Shown piece by piece: positions 51,298-64,000 of a stretch of 64,000 bases of DNA. The stretch lies in contig NC_043013.1 in NCBI RefSeq assembly GCF_006345805.1, forward strand, positions 18,414,001 to 18,478,000, in the 5' to 3' direction. The notes under the pieces were generated by a model, which was not told the origin of the DNA, made no database searches, and saw nothing but the letters and a program-made list of their open reading frames with translations. The first letter of the stretch is position 1, and each line of letters begins with the position of its first letter. Origin of the DNA: Octopus sinensis (Eukaryota). The position numbers were made by a program, and so were the translations under genes.

Positions 51298-52380
51298 ATG
51301 GACGAAATGGTATTGGATTAACAGAATTAATAGACGGATGGATAAAACAGTGGTAGATTAAAAGAATCGGTAGAGAGATGGACAAAGTGGTAGTAGATCA
51401 GCAGAGACCTTAGTTATATTCCACTAAACCTTTCACACAAATGATTGAAATAGTTATTAATTTGAATCAAAACTGAGAAAATGATTAAGGCTCTGATACG
51501 TGGTATTTAGTTACAGTATTTTATGTTCTGAGTTCTAATCTCTTCCTTGTCGATTCTACATTCGAGAAGAAAGAGAAGTAGAAGTAATAATAATAGCAGT
51601 GGTGGTGGTAGTTGTTGTGGTAGAAGACAAACAAAGCTAATCCTGGCGCAGGAAAATGAGTGTTACATTCATTTTTGATATATCGTACTTATCCGCTCTT
51701 AGTTGACGGATTCACCGCATGCTTTGAAAAGCAGCAGGTAATTGTATGTTGTTGCAGTCACACAGTCTGTTCATGTTGTATACATTCTATTGTTCAGCAA
51801 ACGTTCCTTTAAGTTTATATTTTATTTTCTCATGACTAGAATGAACTCACCGAATCTACGGTCGTAGGTTACAGTTTTGGTTTTTAGAAGTCACGAACTC
51901 CCCTTCAACTAAATCTTTTTTCATTTAATACAATTAAAAATTCAAGTTGAAAGACTGGTTTATGTATCCAATATATTTTGCCAAGCCACAATGGACTCTT
52001 CACTATTTGCTTTTAAGAAAAGTAATATAACTGATTCATAGTATCATTCGCTAAAAGCCGATTCCGTCTTTAACGAGACGTTCATTTAACATAAATCAAC
52101 TTACTTTATGTCTTTCCGCTGATGAAGAACTCTGCTCTAATTAAGCTATCAGTTTCCATCGTTATGAATTAGTGACAAGATCATTCGTATAAGTCCTGCC
52201 AAATGTTAGCAGTATTTCATTAACGCCTCTATTGCCTTCTACTCTTACTTCTCTTCTAACGATTTCTAAGAAATAGTATTATTTCTTGTATCAATGGTGT
52301 CTCGACATCCATTAATTTGTCACTGTTTTTATTTTGTATTGATTTTATAAGAAAGGGAAGCGCCCACGATTCCTTTAGAG

Positions 52381-52622
52381 CAGTAGTTCTCAACCATTTT
52401 GCTTATGGACCCCTCTGGTTCCTATTTTACTCAGATGGACCCCCATAGGCATTCGATATTTAAAAATCCTGTTATTACATTTTAATAATTAAATATTATT
52501 AGGTATTGCATTAAAAAATTGTGTACTGTAGAAGCATAACGAATTTATTGCACATAATTTCTAACGGACAAAATCTTACATGGACCCCTAAATGTCATAA
52601 GGACCCTGGTTCAGAACTACTG
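52381..52622. mobile_element. hAT (Charlie-type) MITE
   Basis: TIRs cagtagttctcaacc / ggttcagaactactg (14/15 match); 8-bp TSD ctttagag / ctttaaaa (6/8). Confidence 0.85.
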
Positions 52623-53797
52623 CTTTAAAAGGTCTTCAACATTACCGAGAAGGATTTATTCTGAGGTCATAGTTATCCTGGTCCAGTGTCTTTAACAGAA
52701 TGGACTCTATTAAAGGTAGTCAATGGCTAGATGATGGTGGTGGTGGTAATGGCGGCGGTGGTGCTGGTAATTGTGGTGGTGGTGATGAAGATGACAGTGT
52801 TGGAGCTGAACCGAATGGAGGAGACATTCTACAACTTTTCAACATCGGGCAAGTCTCTACGTAGTCGTTCGACCCGATAGAAATAGTAGCTAAGTCTTCC
52901 TCAAACAGCAACCTTAAAGTCATCAAAAAGAATACGTTAAATAACGTGGCGGCGTGTTCTCTGCACATAGGAACATGATGGCCACGCTTGGAAGGCTTTT
53001 GACTATTTGACTAGAGATCTGCCTGGGCTATGAATGGCGCAGTTTCTGAATTCTCGTGATGCTATCAATATATGCACACTCCAGTTCTTTATCTTGTTTT
53101 ATTTGTCTCAGTCATTGGACTGCGACCATACTGGTGCACTGCCATATATATATATATAGTATACATATGCCCTGACGCATACATTTGAAAGTATATATAT
53201 ATGTGTGTGCGTGTGTGTATAAAAATATATGCTGAGAGAGAGAGAGTAGAGTGAGAGAGAGAGAGAGTGAGAGAGAGAGAGTGAGAGAGAGAGAGTGAGA
53301 GAGAGAGAGAGAAGGATGGGATGGTGATCAATCATATATCAAACTGAGCGCAGTAATAATGGTACAGGCATCAATATTCCCACGAACCGCTGTTCCACAC
53401 TTCACCTTCTGGTGAACACTTGAAAGTGTGAACTAACGATTCTTCTGGCCGACATATTGATGTAGCTATGAAAACATCTCGCTGATACGTGATTCGTCTT
53501 ATATCCACACTTTAAACGATATCTCATCCTATTAAACTTTGCATCCACGTGATTTTCAGAAAGTAACCCAACCGATATCGCCATTAGACTGTTTACTCCC
53601 ACAATGCCAAGCAGCATTATAGTAGAGATACGTTATCAGCTCTCACTGATATAACGATTTGATAACGTCACTTGCAGAATTGTCTTCTGTTTACTTCCCG
53701 AAAAATCTAATTCTATTTTTGGCTTTAAGATAATATCATTTTATTATTCTAAAAATAAGTGATTGATTCGTGCTATTATTATATTTTATTTATAGAA

Positions 53798-54170
53798 TCT
53801 CTCTCTATATAAACGGCAGTTTGTCTGTCTGCGTGTCTTTGTGTCTGTTAGGTTGTACCCTCACCCTGACCACGGCTTTCAACCGATTCTGATGAAACTT
53901 GACACACACATAGCCCAATGTCATAATTCAAAACTAACGCAGCGAAAATTTTGAAAAGTTCCCCCAGTTCTGAAAAAAATCAATAAATTCGACATGGGGT
54001 CGAGAATCAGAAACACAAACCACAGACTGTCTAGGGGACGCAACTCGACCTTTTTAACTCTCAGAAAAAATTTACCATAATTTTTTTGCTATTTTTTGGC
54101 TATAACTCTCTAAAAATGCTTTATAGTTATTTCCCTTACAAACCCGAGCAACGCCGGGCGATACTGCTAG
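53798..54170 (+). mobile_element. Non-autonomous Helitron
   Basis: A|TCTCTCTCTATATAAA start; cccgagcaacgccggg hairpin; gatactgCTAG|T end. Confidence 0.88.
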
Positions 54171-55304
54171 TATTTATTAAAAACAAAGAAAAAACAAACA
54201 ATCCCCTCTATTGTAGCCACAATGCCTAAAATTTTAGGTGAGAGGAAGGGGCTAGTCGGTTACAAGAATAAAGCAAGTGCGTCTTATACGCCAGCATAAA
54301 CTGGACGATCCGCGATGAAGTACTTCGTTTAGATCTGGGTTCGTATTGTCACTGTTACACAGGCAAAGACATACTACACCATACTGGAGTGCGTTTCCCA
54401 TATCTGACGGTGTGAAAGATGTTACAATGGCTTCGAGAAACATTATTAAAAAATATATTAATTTTCATTGTTTGGTGCGTTTATACTTACGTTCTACACA
54501 CACACACACACATGAATTCATAGATGTATACATATATTCTACATAATATAATTATTTATGAAGTATGTCACAATAGTGTTCGCCTTGTAGGCAACTATAC
54601 ACATACATACACATTCGCGTACATAATTTTTATTAATTGCCAACGACTTCGAAGTTTCTTGAAATACTGGTGAAAACTTAGAATTTATTTTCAATTACAC
54701 TATGGACAAGACTACTTTTCTTGAGTGTTCTAAATTCAATTAATCCTCGTTACTTCTTGTATATAAACAGACTCATTTTAAACCACACCCAGAAACACAA
54801 ATACAAACACAAACTCAGAGAGTCACATAGGTGCACTAGAAAATAGTAGGTGGTTAAGACTTTCGATTATAAAATAATGTTTAAATCGAATTAAATACTT
54901 GACGAACAAAAAGCAACAACAACAAAAAAGACAAGACGGAAAATTGTTCTGAGAAAGGCTCCCGGGAACCAAACTACACATTCTAATGTATTCCAGAGGA
55001 ATGTGTTAAGCATTAGACCCACTTTCTTCATTCAAAGTCTCTATACATGCTACTAATCTGTTTCGCCTTTCATATAGCAATCCTAACAGTAAGAACGTAT
55101 ATGGTTCTTACTACATTATTGTTGAACGAGATTCTAATAGGTTAAAATCACTATTCCTTTACGTTTTTAAATTGTATATTATCTCTACTAGGTTATAAGC
55201 GCAATTCTAATGTTGAAGAAAGTATATACGATACATAAGATTTAATATTTAACTTGTATGTTTATACACACACGCACACAAACACACACACTATATATAT
55301 AGGG

Positions 55305-55502
55305 AGAGTTCACGAAAAAAAACAAACAAACAAAAGACGAAGACAGGTGGTGTACAAAACAAACAGATGTATTAGTATAACGCTCAGGAATAGAAAAAGT
55401 CTTTTACGTTTCGAGCCGACGCTCTTCTACAGAGAGGGACACAGAAAAAAACAAGGAGAGAAACAAGGAGAGAAAAAAAATGTGCGTAGTGGCTACCGAT
55501 CT

Positions 55503-55505
<3 letters not shown>
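55305..55505 (-). mobile_element. Short TA-flanked repeat, probably a Penelope-like terminus
   Basis: Reverse complement ctgtagaagagcgtcggctcgaaacgtaaaag; homologous to 27626-27810. Confidence 0.55.
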
Positions 55506-55537
<32 letters not shown>

Positions 55538-55905
55538 CGTGGCACTCCGTCAGCTGCGAGGATGAGTGTTCCAGTTGATCCGATCAACGGAATAACCAGC
55601 TCGTGAAATTAACGTGCAAGTGGCTGAGCACTCCACAGACACGTGTACCATTAATGTAGTTCTCAGGGAGTTTTCAGCGCGGCCCTTTGAAATACAGATG
55701 CAACAGAAACAGGAAGAAAGAGAGAAAGTTGTGAAAGAATACAGCAGGGTTCGCCACAACTCCACTGCCAGAGCCTCGCGGATTTTTAGGTGCTTTCGCT
55801 CAATAAACACTCACACACAACGCCCGGTCTGGGAATCGAAACCGCGATCCTACAACCGCGACACCGCTGCCCTAACCAATGTGTGGAGGCCATTACGCTT
55901 CCACT
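55538..55905 (-). mobile_element. SINE family C, diverged subtype
   Basis: Shares gggaatcgaaaccgcgatcc and gtggctgagcactccacagacacgtg with the other C copies. Confidence 0.85.
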
Positions 55906-55953
55906 CATATATATATATATATACACATGTATATAATGTTTATAAATGTGTGT

Positions 55954-55997
<44 letters not shown>

Positions 55998-56238
55998 GTG
56001 CGTGCGTGAATATGTATATGCATCAAGTTATTAAATAACTAACTTTCATTCCAAATATTCTTTGAAGGAATTTGAAGGAAATTTTAATTATTGTTCTTTT
56101 ATCAAAATCTTACTTTGCTTCAGCAATGTTGCGCGTAGTTTATTTGAAACGACTTTTTATTTATTCAATTTCCCTCATCTCGCAAACCAATAACCTATCA
56201 TATTAAATCCACAAATTATGTCCTTTTTTTTTTCAAAA

Positions 56239-56640
56239 GGCGGCGAGCTGGCAGAAACGTTAGCACGTCGGGCGAAATGTTTAGCGGTATTTCGGCTGCC
56301 GTTACGTTGTGAGTTCAAATTCCGCCGAGGTCGACTTTGCCTTTCATCCTTTCGGGGTCGATAAATTAAGTACCAGTTACTCACTGGGGTCGATGTAATC
56401 GACTTAATACCTATGTCTGTCCTTGTTTGTCCTCTCTGTGTTTAGCCCCTTGTGGGTAATAAAGAAATAGGTATTTCGTCTGCCGTTACGTTCTGAGTTC
56501 AAACTCCGCCGAGGTCAATTTTGCCTTTTATTCTTTCGGGGTCGATAAATTAAGTGCCACTTACGCACTGGGGTCGATATAATCGACTTAATCCGTTTGT
56601 CTGTTCCCTCTGTGTTTAGCCCCTTGTGGGTAGTAAGAAA
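56239..56640 (+). mobile_element. SINE family A head-to-tail dimer
   Basis: Full unit, then a headless unit starting ggtatttcgtctgccgttacg. Confidence 0.9.
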
Positions 56641-56995
56641 AAAATGCTGTCCTTTTCTCTTAGCATATTCATAAAATTGCGATAAAAAGTTGTTTTTTGG
56701 TGTTATGGTTAACATGGTTGACTGGAAAATAATAGGTGCACGGTTCAATTCTGGTGGGCAATTACGTGTAGAATGTCTTTTTTTGCTTTGACTTCACACC
56801 TCTATGATTTTATAGATAAATGTATCGACCTATCTCTTTATATTTTACTTGTTTCAGTTATTGGACTGCAGACATGCTGGGACACCGCCTTGAAGAGTTT
56901 TAGTCGAATAAATCGAGCCCAGGTTTTATTCCCGCAAGATTGAAACTACTGCAAAAAGAAAAAAAAAACGAAATAATAAACATATCACGTTTATA

Positions 56996-57394
56996 TCTTT
57001 ATATATAAAAGCGAAGTTGTGTGTCTATCTCCTACGATTTAGATTCCTAACTACTCCCACATTTTGCGGTGCAGTTTAACCAAAACCGGGTATCTTATAG
57101 TCGTGATTCATATCGAGCCCTTCTGGGTATTAGCGCGCGTCTACGATGAGTCTACGATTTAAAATAAAATTTACCATCATCTTTTTCCATTTTAATGCAT
57201 TTTTTCGCTATTATATAAGGGAAGTAGCTCTCTAAAAATGTCTACGATGAGTCAACGATTAAAAAAAAAATTTACCATAATTTTTTTTCCATTTTTAATG
57301 CATTTTTTTTGCTAATATTTGGCTATAACTCTCTAAAAATGCTTATATAGTTATTTCCCTTACAAACTCGAGCAACGCCGGGCGATACTGCTAG
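56996..57394 (+). mobile_element. Non-autonomous Helitron
   Basis: A|TC start, hairpin, CTAG|T end; same subfamily as 28161-28563. Confidence 0.88.
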
Positions 57395-57536
57395 TGTTAA
57401 TATAAATAAATCTGCGTATTATTGTTATAATTGTATTTATAATTATAACGATACAAACTACTGCACTGATCCTCCCTTCTAAGCACATATAATACGTTTG
57501 TACATATAAGTATGTTTGAGCGGAAAAATATATACG

Positions 57537-57570
<34 letters not shown>

Positions 57571-57597
57571 ATATATATACTATATATATATTTGTGC

Positions 57598-57651
<54 letters not shown>

Positions 57652-58049
57652 ATATAATATGTAATGTATATATTATATTTGTTGTGTGCGTATGTGTATA
57701 TATATATATATATATATGTTCCTCATGTGTATGCAGTTTCGTTCTTACATAACTGAAATAATATTAAGATTTATTGATTTTATAGATTACAAAATTACTC
57801 TTCTTATAACTGTCTTATACCTCTGTTTTATCTAATATGAATAATATAATGCATCTAATATTATTAATAATAATTGATTACTGTGTGTGCTTATAGATGT
57901 AAATATGTATGTACTTTTAAGTGTATATATATAAGTATTTATATATATTTGTATATGTTTGCATATGTCTATGTATAAGTATGTAAATGTGTGTGTATCT
58001 ATTCATTTTATATTTATATTTATTTATAACTTAACCATATGTACTTTAT

Positions 58050-58180
58050 AAAATCTCTGACGAAGCCTAAAGAAACACCCAAGTACCTGAATTTCATCTA
58101 CTTATTACTTCAGTCTACTGTAGGAATAAAGGTAGAACGAGGTATTTTTGCCTCTTGGCTGAAACAGCTGTAAGTTATTT
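58050..58180 (+). ncRNA. Type I hammerhead ribozyme motif with a decayed stem I
   Basis: CUGACGA-AGCC...(about 89 nt)...GGCU-GAAA-C-agcu-GUA; palindromic stem III (acagcugu). Confidence 0.55.
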
Positions 58181-58539
58181 TTCCCAATCTATATTCCTGT
58201 ATGTTATATTTTAATAATTACTGGTATCTTTATAAATTAATATATTTTATATGTAAAGCATAATATGTTATACATGTATGTATATTCTTGTAATTGTCAT
58301 TTTAGTAAATAAATAAATAAGTTGACATAATATAATGTCTAAAAGTTGATGCACCACCTATTGATCCCCTCCATTTTCTTATTGCTATATAAATTAAAGG
58401 TAAAATATCTCTTTACCTTCACCCATTTAGTACACTCGTAATGTAATTGCAATGCAATAAAAAACACTTGTGCATTAATAATTGAGTATTCTACCAGCAG
58501 TATCTTGGATAGATATGCAGGCGGATCACTTAATTATGA

Positions 58540-58689
58540 TCTAATCAGCATGTTACGGTCTCAAATTCCTACACCTATTGCAACTGTCCCTCAGTTTTTC
58601 TAAGCTCTGTAAAAGAACTCGGTATGTTGGGCCTCCAAACAGGCCTTTCGCGACAGCCTTAAACCCAGAAACTTTTCAGCATCCCCTCG
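58540..58689. mobile_element. Mariner-like MITE fragment
   Basis: ttctaagc.ctgtaaaagaactcgg shared with 47549-47764; ends cagcatcccctcg|ta. Confidence 0.6.
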
Positions 58690-58714
58690 TATATATACAC
58701 GCATATATATAGAT

Positions 58715-58768
<54 letters not shown>

Positions 58769-58940
58769 TATATATATATATATATATGTATATAAGTAGT
58801 TGAATGAATTATCCCAGTATGGATAATTCGGTTAACCGGTACCTGGGTAGCAAATTCACGTCAGAAAACACGGTTGAAGCTTACATGCCAAGGGCAGAGA
58901 TCACGTGCTTTCGTATGGAAATTTGTGTGTTTTTTTTTAC

Positions 58941-59274
58941 TATAAATAAATGAAAGAATGGAGCCGAACGACGATTTAACAAAGTTCCTTTGTTCTCGAC
59001 ATATGTTTCGAAGACTGCATATTCCTAATTCCTAATTATCGAAGACTGCATATTCCTAATTCCTAATTATCACTATGGACTCCGTGTGGGCAGTCATCTA
59101 AAAGTTTTTGTTCGTCATGATGCTGACATAAGTTCCTTGTCTTTCCTGATGAGAAGGCGGCATAATGCACCCCTTATTCCTTCGGAATTAGGAATATGCA
59201 GTCTTCGAAACATTTGTCGAGAATAAAGGAACTTTGTTAAATTGTCGTTCGACTCCATTCTTTCATTATTTATA
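58941..59274. mobile_element. Foldback element with about 90-bp inverted arms carrying a hammerhead motif (Penelope-like inverted terminus)
   Basis: 58941-59032 is an inverted copy of 59184-59274 with a few mismatches; internal 31-bp tandem duplication at 59008-59069. Confidence 0.8.
59131..59233 (+). ncRNA. Type I hammerhead ribozyme motif with a complete core
   Basis: aguuccuu.gu.cuuuc-CUGAUGA-GAAGGC...GUCUUC-GAAA-C-auuu-GUC/gagaa.ua.aaggaacu; 6-bp stem II base and extended stem I. Confidence 0.82.
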
Positions 59275-59281
59275 TATATAT

Positions 59282-59339
<58 letters not shown>

Positions 59340-60224
59340 TGTATGTATTATACGTGATATATTTTCACTAACGGTTTTCGGTGGTTATACACAGGCATCA
59401 TCTGTCCACCCACTTTACCGTCCGTCTTCCCGTCTGTCCGTGAATCCATCCATCAATCCATCCATCCAACCATACTGAAGATAGAAGCTTGATAGAGAAT
59501 TCCACTCATATGGTTTACCACGTGCAAGCTTAAATGCCTGACATTGTTATTTGGGACAGAAAACAAAAGTCATGTATACTCATAAAGGCTAGATATCTGA
59601 CAGATTTGTAAATCTCGCCCAAAATGATTGAGATTGACGATATCTTTGCATAATTACTTTCAAGCCAGCCTCTCCGGTATTCTGATTATAAATTCACATT
59701 TATACCAATAATCATTGATGCATTTGGTTACGTTAGTAAATGTCTAAGTGACAATCTGGAAAACTTAAGATTTTCAGGTAAATAAAGAAACCAACGAACA
59801 CGAATTTTACAGATACTATATGTAAGTGGAACAGTAAAAGTATGCGAGACTTTTCTAAAGTTTAGTATGTAACATGTATCATTGTTATTAACCATATTTT
59901 TACAATGGAGTTTCTATTTTTCTGTTTTGTTAGAAACCAGTTCTGTCCTCGGAAGAATTCTAATAAATAGAAAATTCTAAGTCCCTGTCTGCCTCTCTGT
60001 CACACACACCCTCTCTCCCCCACATACATATACACTTACACACACACAAGCAAACACACACACTCTCTTTCTGTCTTTCTCTCTCTTACTCTCTCTCTCA
60101 CACTTACACACGCACAGACACATACATCCAACCAAACACTCATTATTGGTACATAATCAAGTGATAAAGTCATGTGCGATTCTGAAATGAATTCAATACA
60201 TATAGAACAGAGAATGTAAATATT

Positions 60225-60410
60225 GGTTTCAAATTTTTGGCACCAGGCCAGCAACTTTTGGCGTTGGGGTATGTCGATTACATCATCCCCATTGTTTGAA
60301 TGGTATATATATTTTCGGCATGAAAGAATAAAGGGCAAAGTCGACCTCAACGGAATTTGGACTCAGAACGTAAAGACGGATGTAATGACGCTAAAGATTT
60401 TGCCAGCTTG
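60225..60410 (-). mobile_element. SINE family A, decayed
   Basis: Reverse complement of the family body. Confidence 0.75.
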
Positions 60411-60498
60411 CTGCTTCAGGCAAACCATTTCCGACATGTAGTGTATTTCACCTCCCGTAAACAATTCCTTAAAGTTTTTACAATTTAAACTCTGAAAT

Positions 60499-60881
60499 GA
60501 TGGAAGCACTCCGTCGGTTACGACGATGAGGGTTCCGGTTGATCCGAATCAACGGAACAGCCTGCTCGTGAAATTAACGTGTAAGTGGCTGAGCACTCCA
60601 CAGACACGTGCACCCTTAACGTAGTTCTCGGGGATATTCAGCGTGACACAGAGAGTGACAAGGCCGGTCCCTTGAAATACAGGTACAACAGGAAGTAAGA
60701 GTGAGAGAAAGTTGTGGTGAAAGAGTACAGCAGGGATCACCACCATCTCCTGCCGGAGCCTCGTGGAGCTTTTAGGTGTTTTCGCTCAATAAACACTCAC
60801 AACGCCCGGTCTGGGAATCGAAACCGCGATCCTATGACCGCGAGTCCGCTGCCCCAACCACTGGGCCATTGCGCCTCCACC
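60499..60881 (-). mobile_element. SINE family C, full length, with 12-bp TSD
   Basis: TSD aaactctgaaat at 60487-60498 and 60882-60893; matches 13284-13643. Confidence 0.93.
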
Positions 60882-61603
60882 AAACTCTGAAATAGACAAA
60901 GAGGAAAGACTGAAGGTGGAAGACCAGAGGAAGACAGAAGAGAGCAGAGATCAGGATGGACGAAATTTGTAGGACAGGAAACAGAACCCATATTGTAAAA
61001 TGTTGTGCGTGTGTGTGTATGTGTGTTTCTATTTGCGTCTGTAACTCTGTGTGTGTGAGCGTGTGTCCTTGGCTACGCTCACCTCAAATTAACAATTTCC
61101 AACTGTAAAGACATCTCGGAATAATTGTCATGTCTGTGGCAAAGAAATTAAACTCTTAGTCTCAGTCCGCTAAGCCGTACATAGGGACCACTCCACTCAG
61201 TAGTAGCATTATTGACTGAGGAAGAAATCTCTCGTATGTAGTGAAATGTTGTGTTCAATTACTCCTGTGGGAGAACTAATTAAGAAAGACTGGCATCCTA
61301 TCCTGGCAAAGATGTATCTCACATCTGATTAATACTACGGATACAGAGATAAGCACCAATCTTTGTCGATCATCGCGGTGATGGAAAAGAACGATGTTTT
61401 ATACAAGAATTACTCTCTCTATATATATGGTGGAGGAGGAAAAGTGATCATTTGGAGGAAGACGGAAGCATTCATTTGGTGGAGGTAAAACGTCCACATA
61501 GTGGAGAAGGGAGAGCGTTCATTTAGTGGAGAGAAAACGTTCATTTGGTGGATGCAGTGGGCAAGTGAATATAAAACAAAAGAAGAGTGTATGAGAGAGA
61601 GAG

Positions 61604-61651
<48 letters not shown>

Positions 61652-62604
61652 AAAACAGAGAGAGAGAGAGAGAGTGGTGGGGAGTAGATCAAGCAATGAG
61701 TAATTGATATTTTTTTCTGTAATTGTGTGTCAGATATTGTCTGTCTGAACGGTAATTTTAATATTAAAATTTGAACAACTAATTCAATTTGTAGCCAGAA
61801 GTCAAAATGTGGTAAAGGTTGTTTTTCCTGATTGAATACGTCAGCAAAAATTGTTTCACTTTAACACAGATAGCATTTATAATTAACACAAATAAATATA
61901 ATCTTTTCTGGTTATTTGTATTAGAAGAAAATATATACGTAACAGGGTTATAAAATGTATCTACTTTTTCAGGTTTGAAAATATAAGGCATGTTCTAGTT
62001 TTGTCCAATATAATACAGGTTTTGGGTTTAAATCAGAAAGCACCGGGATCGATTCCATGTATGTCTTCAGTCAGGTGGCATATTTCCTATTGCCCAGCTT
62101 TTATTTTGTTGTTGTTGCTGATATTTAGACTGCTGCATGTATTGATTGCAGATACTTCATCTATGACCACCAATATCGTTTTCAGAGGTATAGTGTACCT
62201 CCACACTATATTTTCCCATCTGTCTTTTGGTTGTACGAATACAAATTTTGCTTTGAAACTTGGTTTCCAGTTCTCTATACGTCACCTCTAACTAGAGCCG
62301 TGTTAACAACTTCATAGTTCCATCCCCTGACAAAGCGATGTACTGGAGCTTTTTTATTCACAGCAAATCACAACAAAGGTTGACTAGTATTAGGTCTCTA
62401 GGCATGTGAGTCCACTGGAGAAATAATTCCCAGGTACTGACTTCGATAAGTAAATTTGACAATATTCTGGAGTTGACCAAGGTCTTGCCAGTGAAATTTA
62501 GAATACAGAACCACTGTATGTGGAAGTTCTGTGGAGGGATCGTTCTGTTCCTTTTTTTTTTTAGGGTAGTAGACTAACTCCGTCACTTGGTTTAGAAATC
62601 TTTT

Positions 62605-63012
62605 CTCGTTTATCTTTTATCTTTCACGTGTTTCAGTCATTATACCACAGCCATACTGGGGCACCTCCGTAAAGAACTTTTAGTCGAACGAATCGACCCA
62701 AGGACGTCTTTATTTTCTTAAGTCTGGTACTTATTCTGTCGGTCCGTTTTGCCAAAACGCTAGGTTATGGGGACGTAAACAAACCAATAGGGTCATCAAG
62801 CGATGTTGGGGGAGAAACACAAACAGAAAGACACACGCACACACATAAACACGACAGGCTTCTTTCAGTTTCTGTCTACCAAATCCACTCACAGGGCTTT
62901 GATCGGCCCGAGGTGACAATAGAAGACACTTACCCAAGATTCCACACAGTGGAATTGAACCCGAAACCATGTGGCTGGGAAGCAAACTTCTTCGCAAACA
63001 GCCACGCCTGCG
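62605..63012 (-). mobile_element. SINE family B, diverged
   Basis: Reverse complement of head, core and tail. Confidence 0.85.
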
Positions 63013-63019
63013 CCTATGG

Positions 63020-63310
63020 TTTATTATTACTACTGCTACTACAGCTGCTGCTGCTGCTGCTACTACTACTACTACTACTTCTACTATTACTGCTGCTGCT
63101 GCTGCTTACTACTATTACTACACTACTACTACTACTACTACTACGACCACCACTACCGCACCACTTTCACGATCACCACCATTATCATGACAACGATTAC
63201 TACAATCCCAGCCCCCATGACTGTCATGCTCACCACCTCCATCGCTGTAACCTCACCGCAACCACCACCACCACCACCACCATCACCACCACCATCTTCG
63301 CTACTGCCAC
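63020..63310. repeat. Mixed trinucleotide tract (TAC/TGC/CAC)
   Basis: Direct reading. Confidence 0.9.
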
Positions 63311-63623
63311 TAAACCGACATCAACAGCAATAAGAATATTATTCCGACAATAGACTGGAAGTCTTACGTTTGATATCGGATTAGAAATATTTCTGCTAAC
63401 TTATTTCAAATGCGCGCACAACACACACACACACACGAGCACACATAATACATACACACACATACACATACAAAGATGCTCATATATACATACAGCCACA
63501 CAACCCACACATGTATTTGAATAATACATTTGCTCTCTTTTTCCATATATATATATAAACATGCATGCACACACACTATACATCTATATATACGTACATA
63601 CTTATGTAAACATGTTTGCATAC

Positions 63624-63657
<34 letters not shown>

Positions 63658-63682
63658 TGTGTGTAAAACTTACTATGTTTAC

Positions 63683-63769
<87 letters not shown>

Positions 63770-63959
63770 TACGTATGTATGTATGTATGTATGTATGTAT
63801 GTATGAATGATGTTATATCATATACGGATATTTCTATACTTTTGTTTTGCTATTATCATTTATTTAAATATCTTAGTTTTGGAAATTTATAGAAAAGTAG
63901 AGAAAACCCTATTTGGATTTAGGCTACTGTATATCCGCGGAAAGCGTGCGTGTATATGT

Positions 63960-63996
<37 letters not shown>

Positions 63997-64000
63997 CACA

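Noticed and set aside
52115-52145. ctgatgaagaactctgctc as a hammerhead
   Set aside because: The GAAA half is absent; at most a remnant of the 47330 family
62100-62570. Possible LINE RT remnant on the minus strand (QYLGII)
   Set aside because: It is a single weak motif, and I could not extend it to an ordered motif series

Overview
Gene-poor, AT-rich animal genomic DNA, most likely from an octopus. This is inferred from the three SINE families, the retroelement types and the very high microsatellite load. I found no host protein-coding exon I can support; almost every ORF in the track is a microsatellite translation or a piece of a broken transposon. The window is a mosaic of three tRNA-headed SINE families (about 35 copies or fragments) and decayed LINEs (R4/Dong-like, L1/Tx1-like, RTE, and one R2-like element). 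It also holds decayed DNA transposons (mariner, Tc1, DD37D/maT-like, hAT, Chapaev-like), four non-autonomous Helitrons, several MITEs/foldbacks, mini- and microsatellites, and one 100-N gap. Best observations: (1) several mutually unrelated type I hammerhead ribozyme motifs, two with complete cores (45495-45605 minus; 59131-59233 plus). They have short palindromic stem III and unusually long stem II, lie mostly in or beside (TA)n tracts, and are probably Penelope-like or retrozyme termini. (2) An R2-like LINE followed by 44 nt of its 28S rRNA target sequence although no rDNA is present. (3) A 5'-truncated RTE insertion with an 11-bp target-site duplication (TSD) and TTAGGG repeats at its 5' junction. 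(4) Several near-perfect inverted duplications around TA repeats, which are either biological or assembly artefacts. All structures and translations were read by eye, and none was tested computationally.
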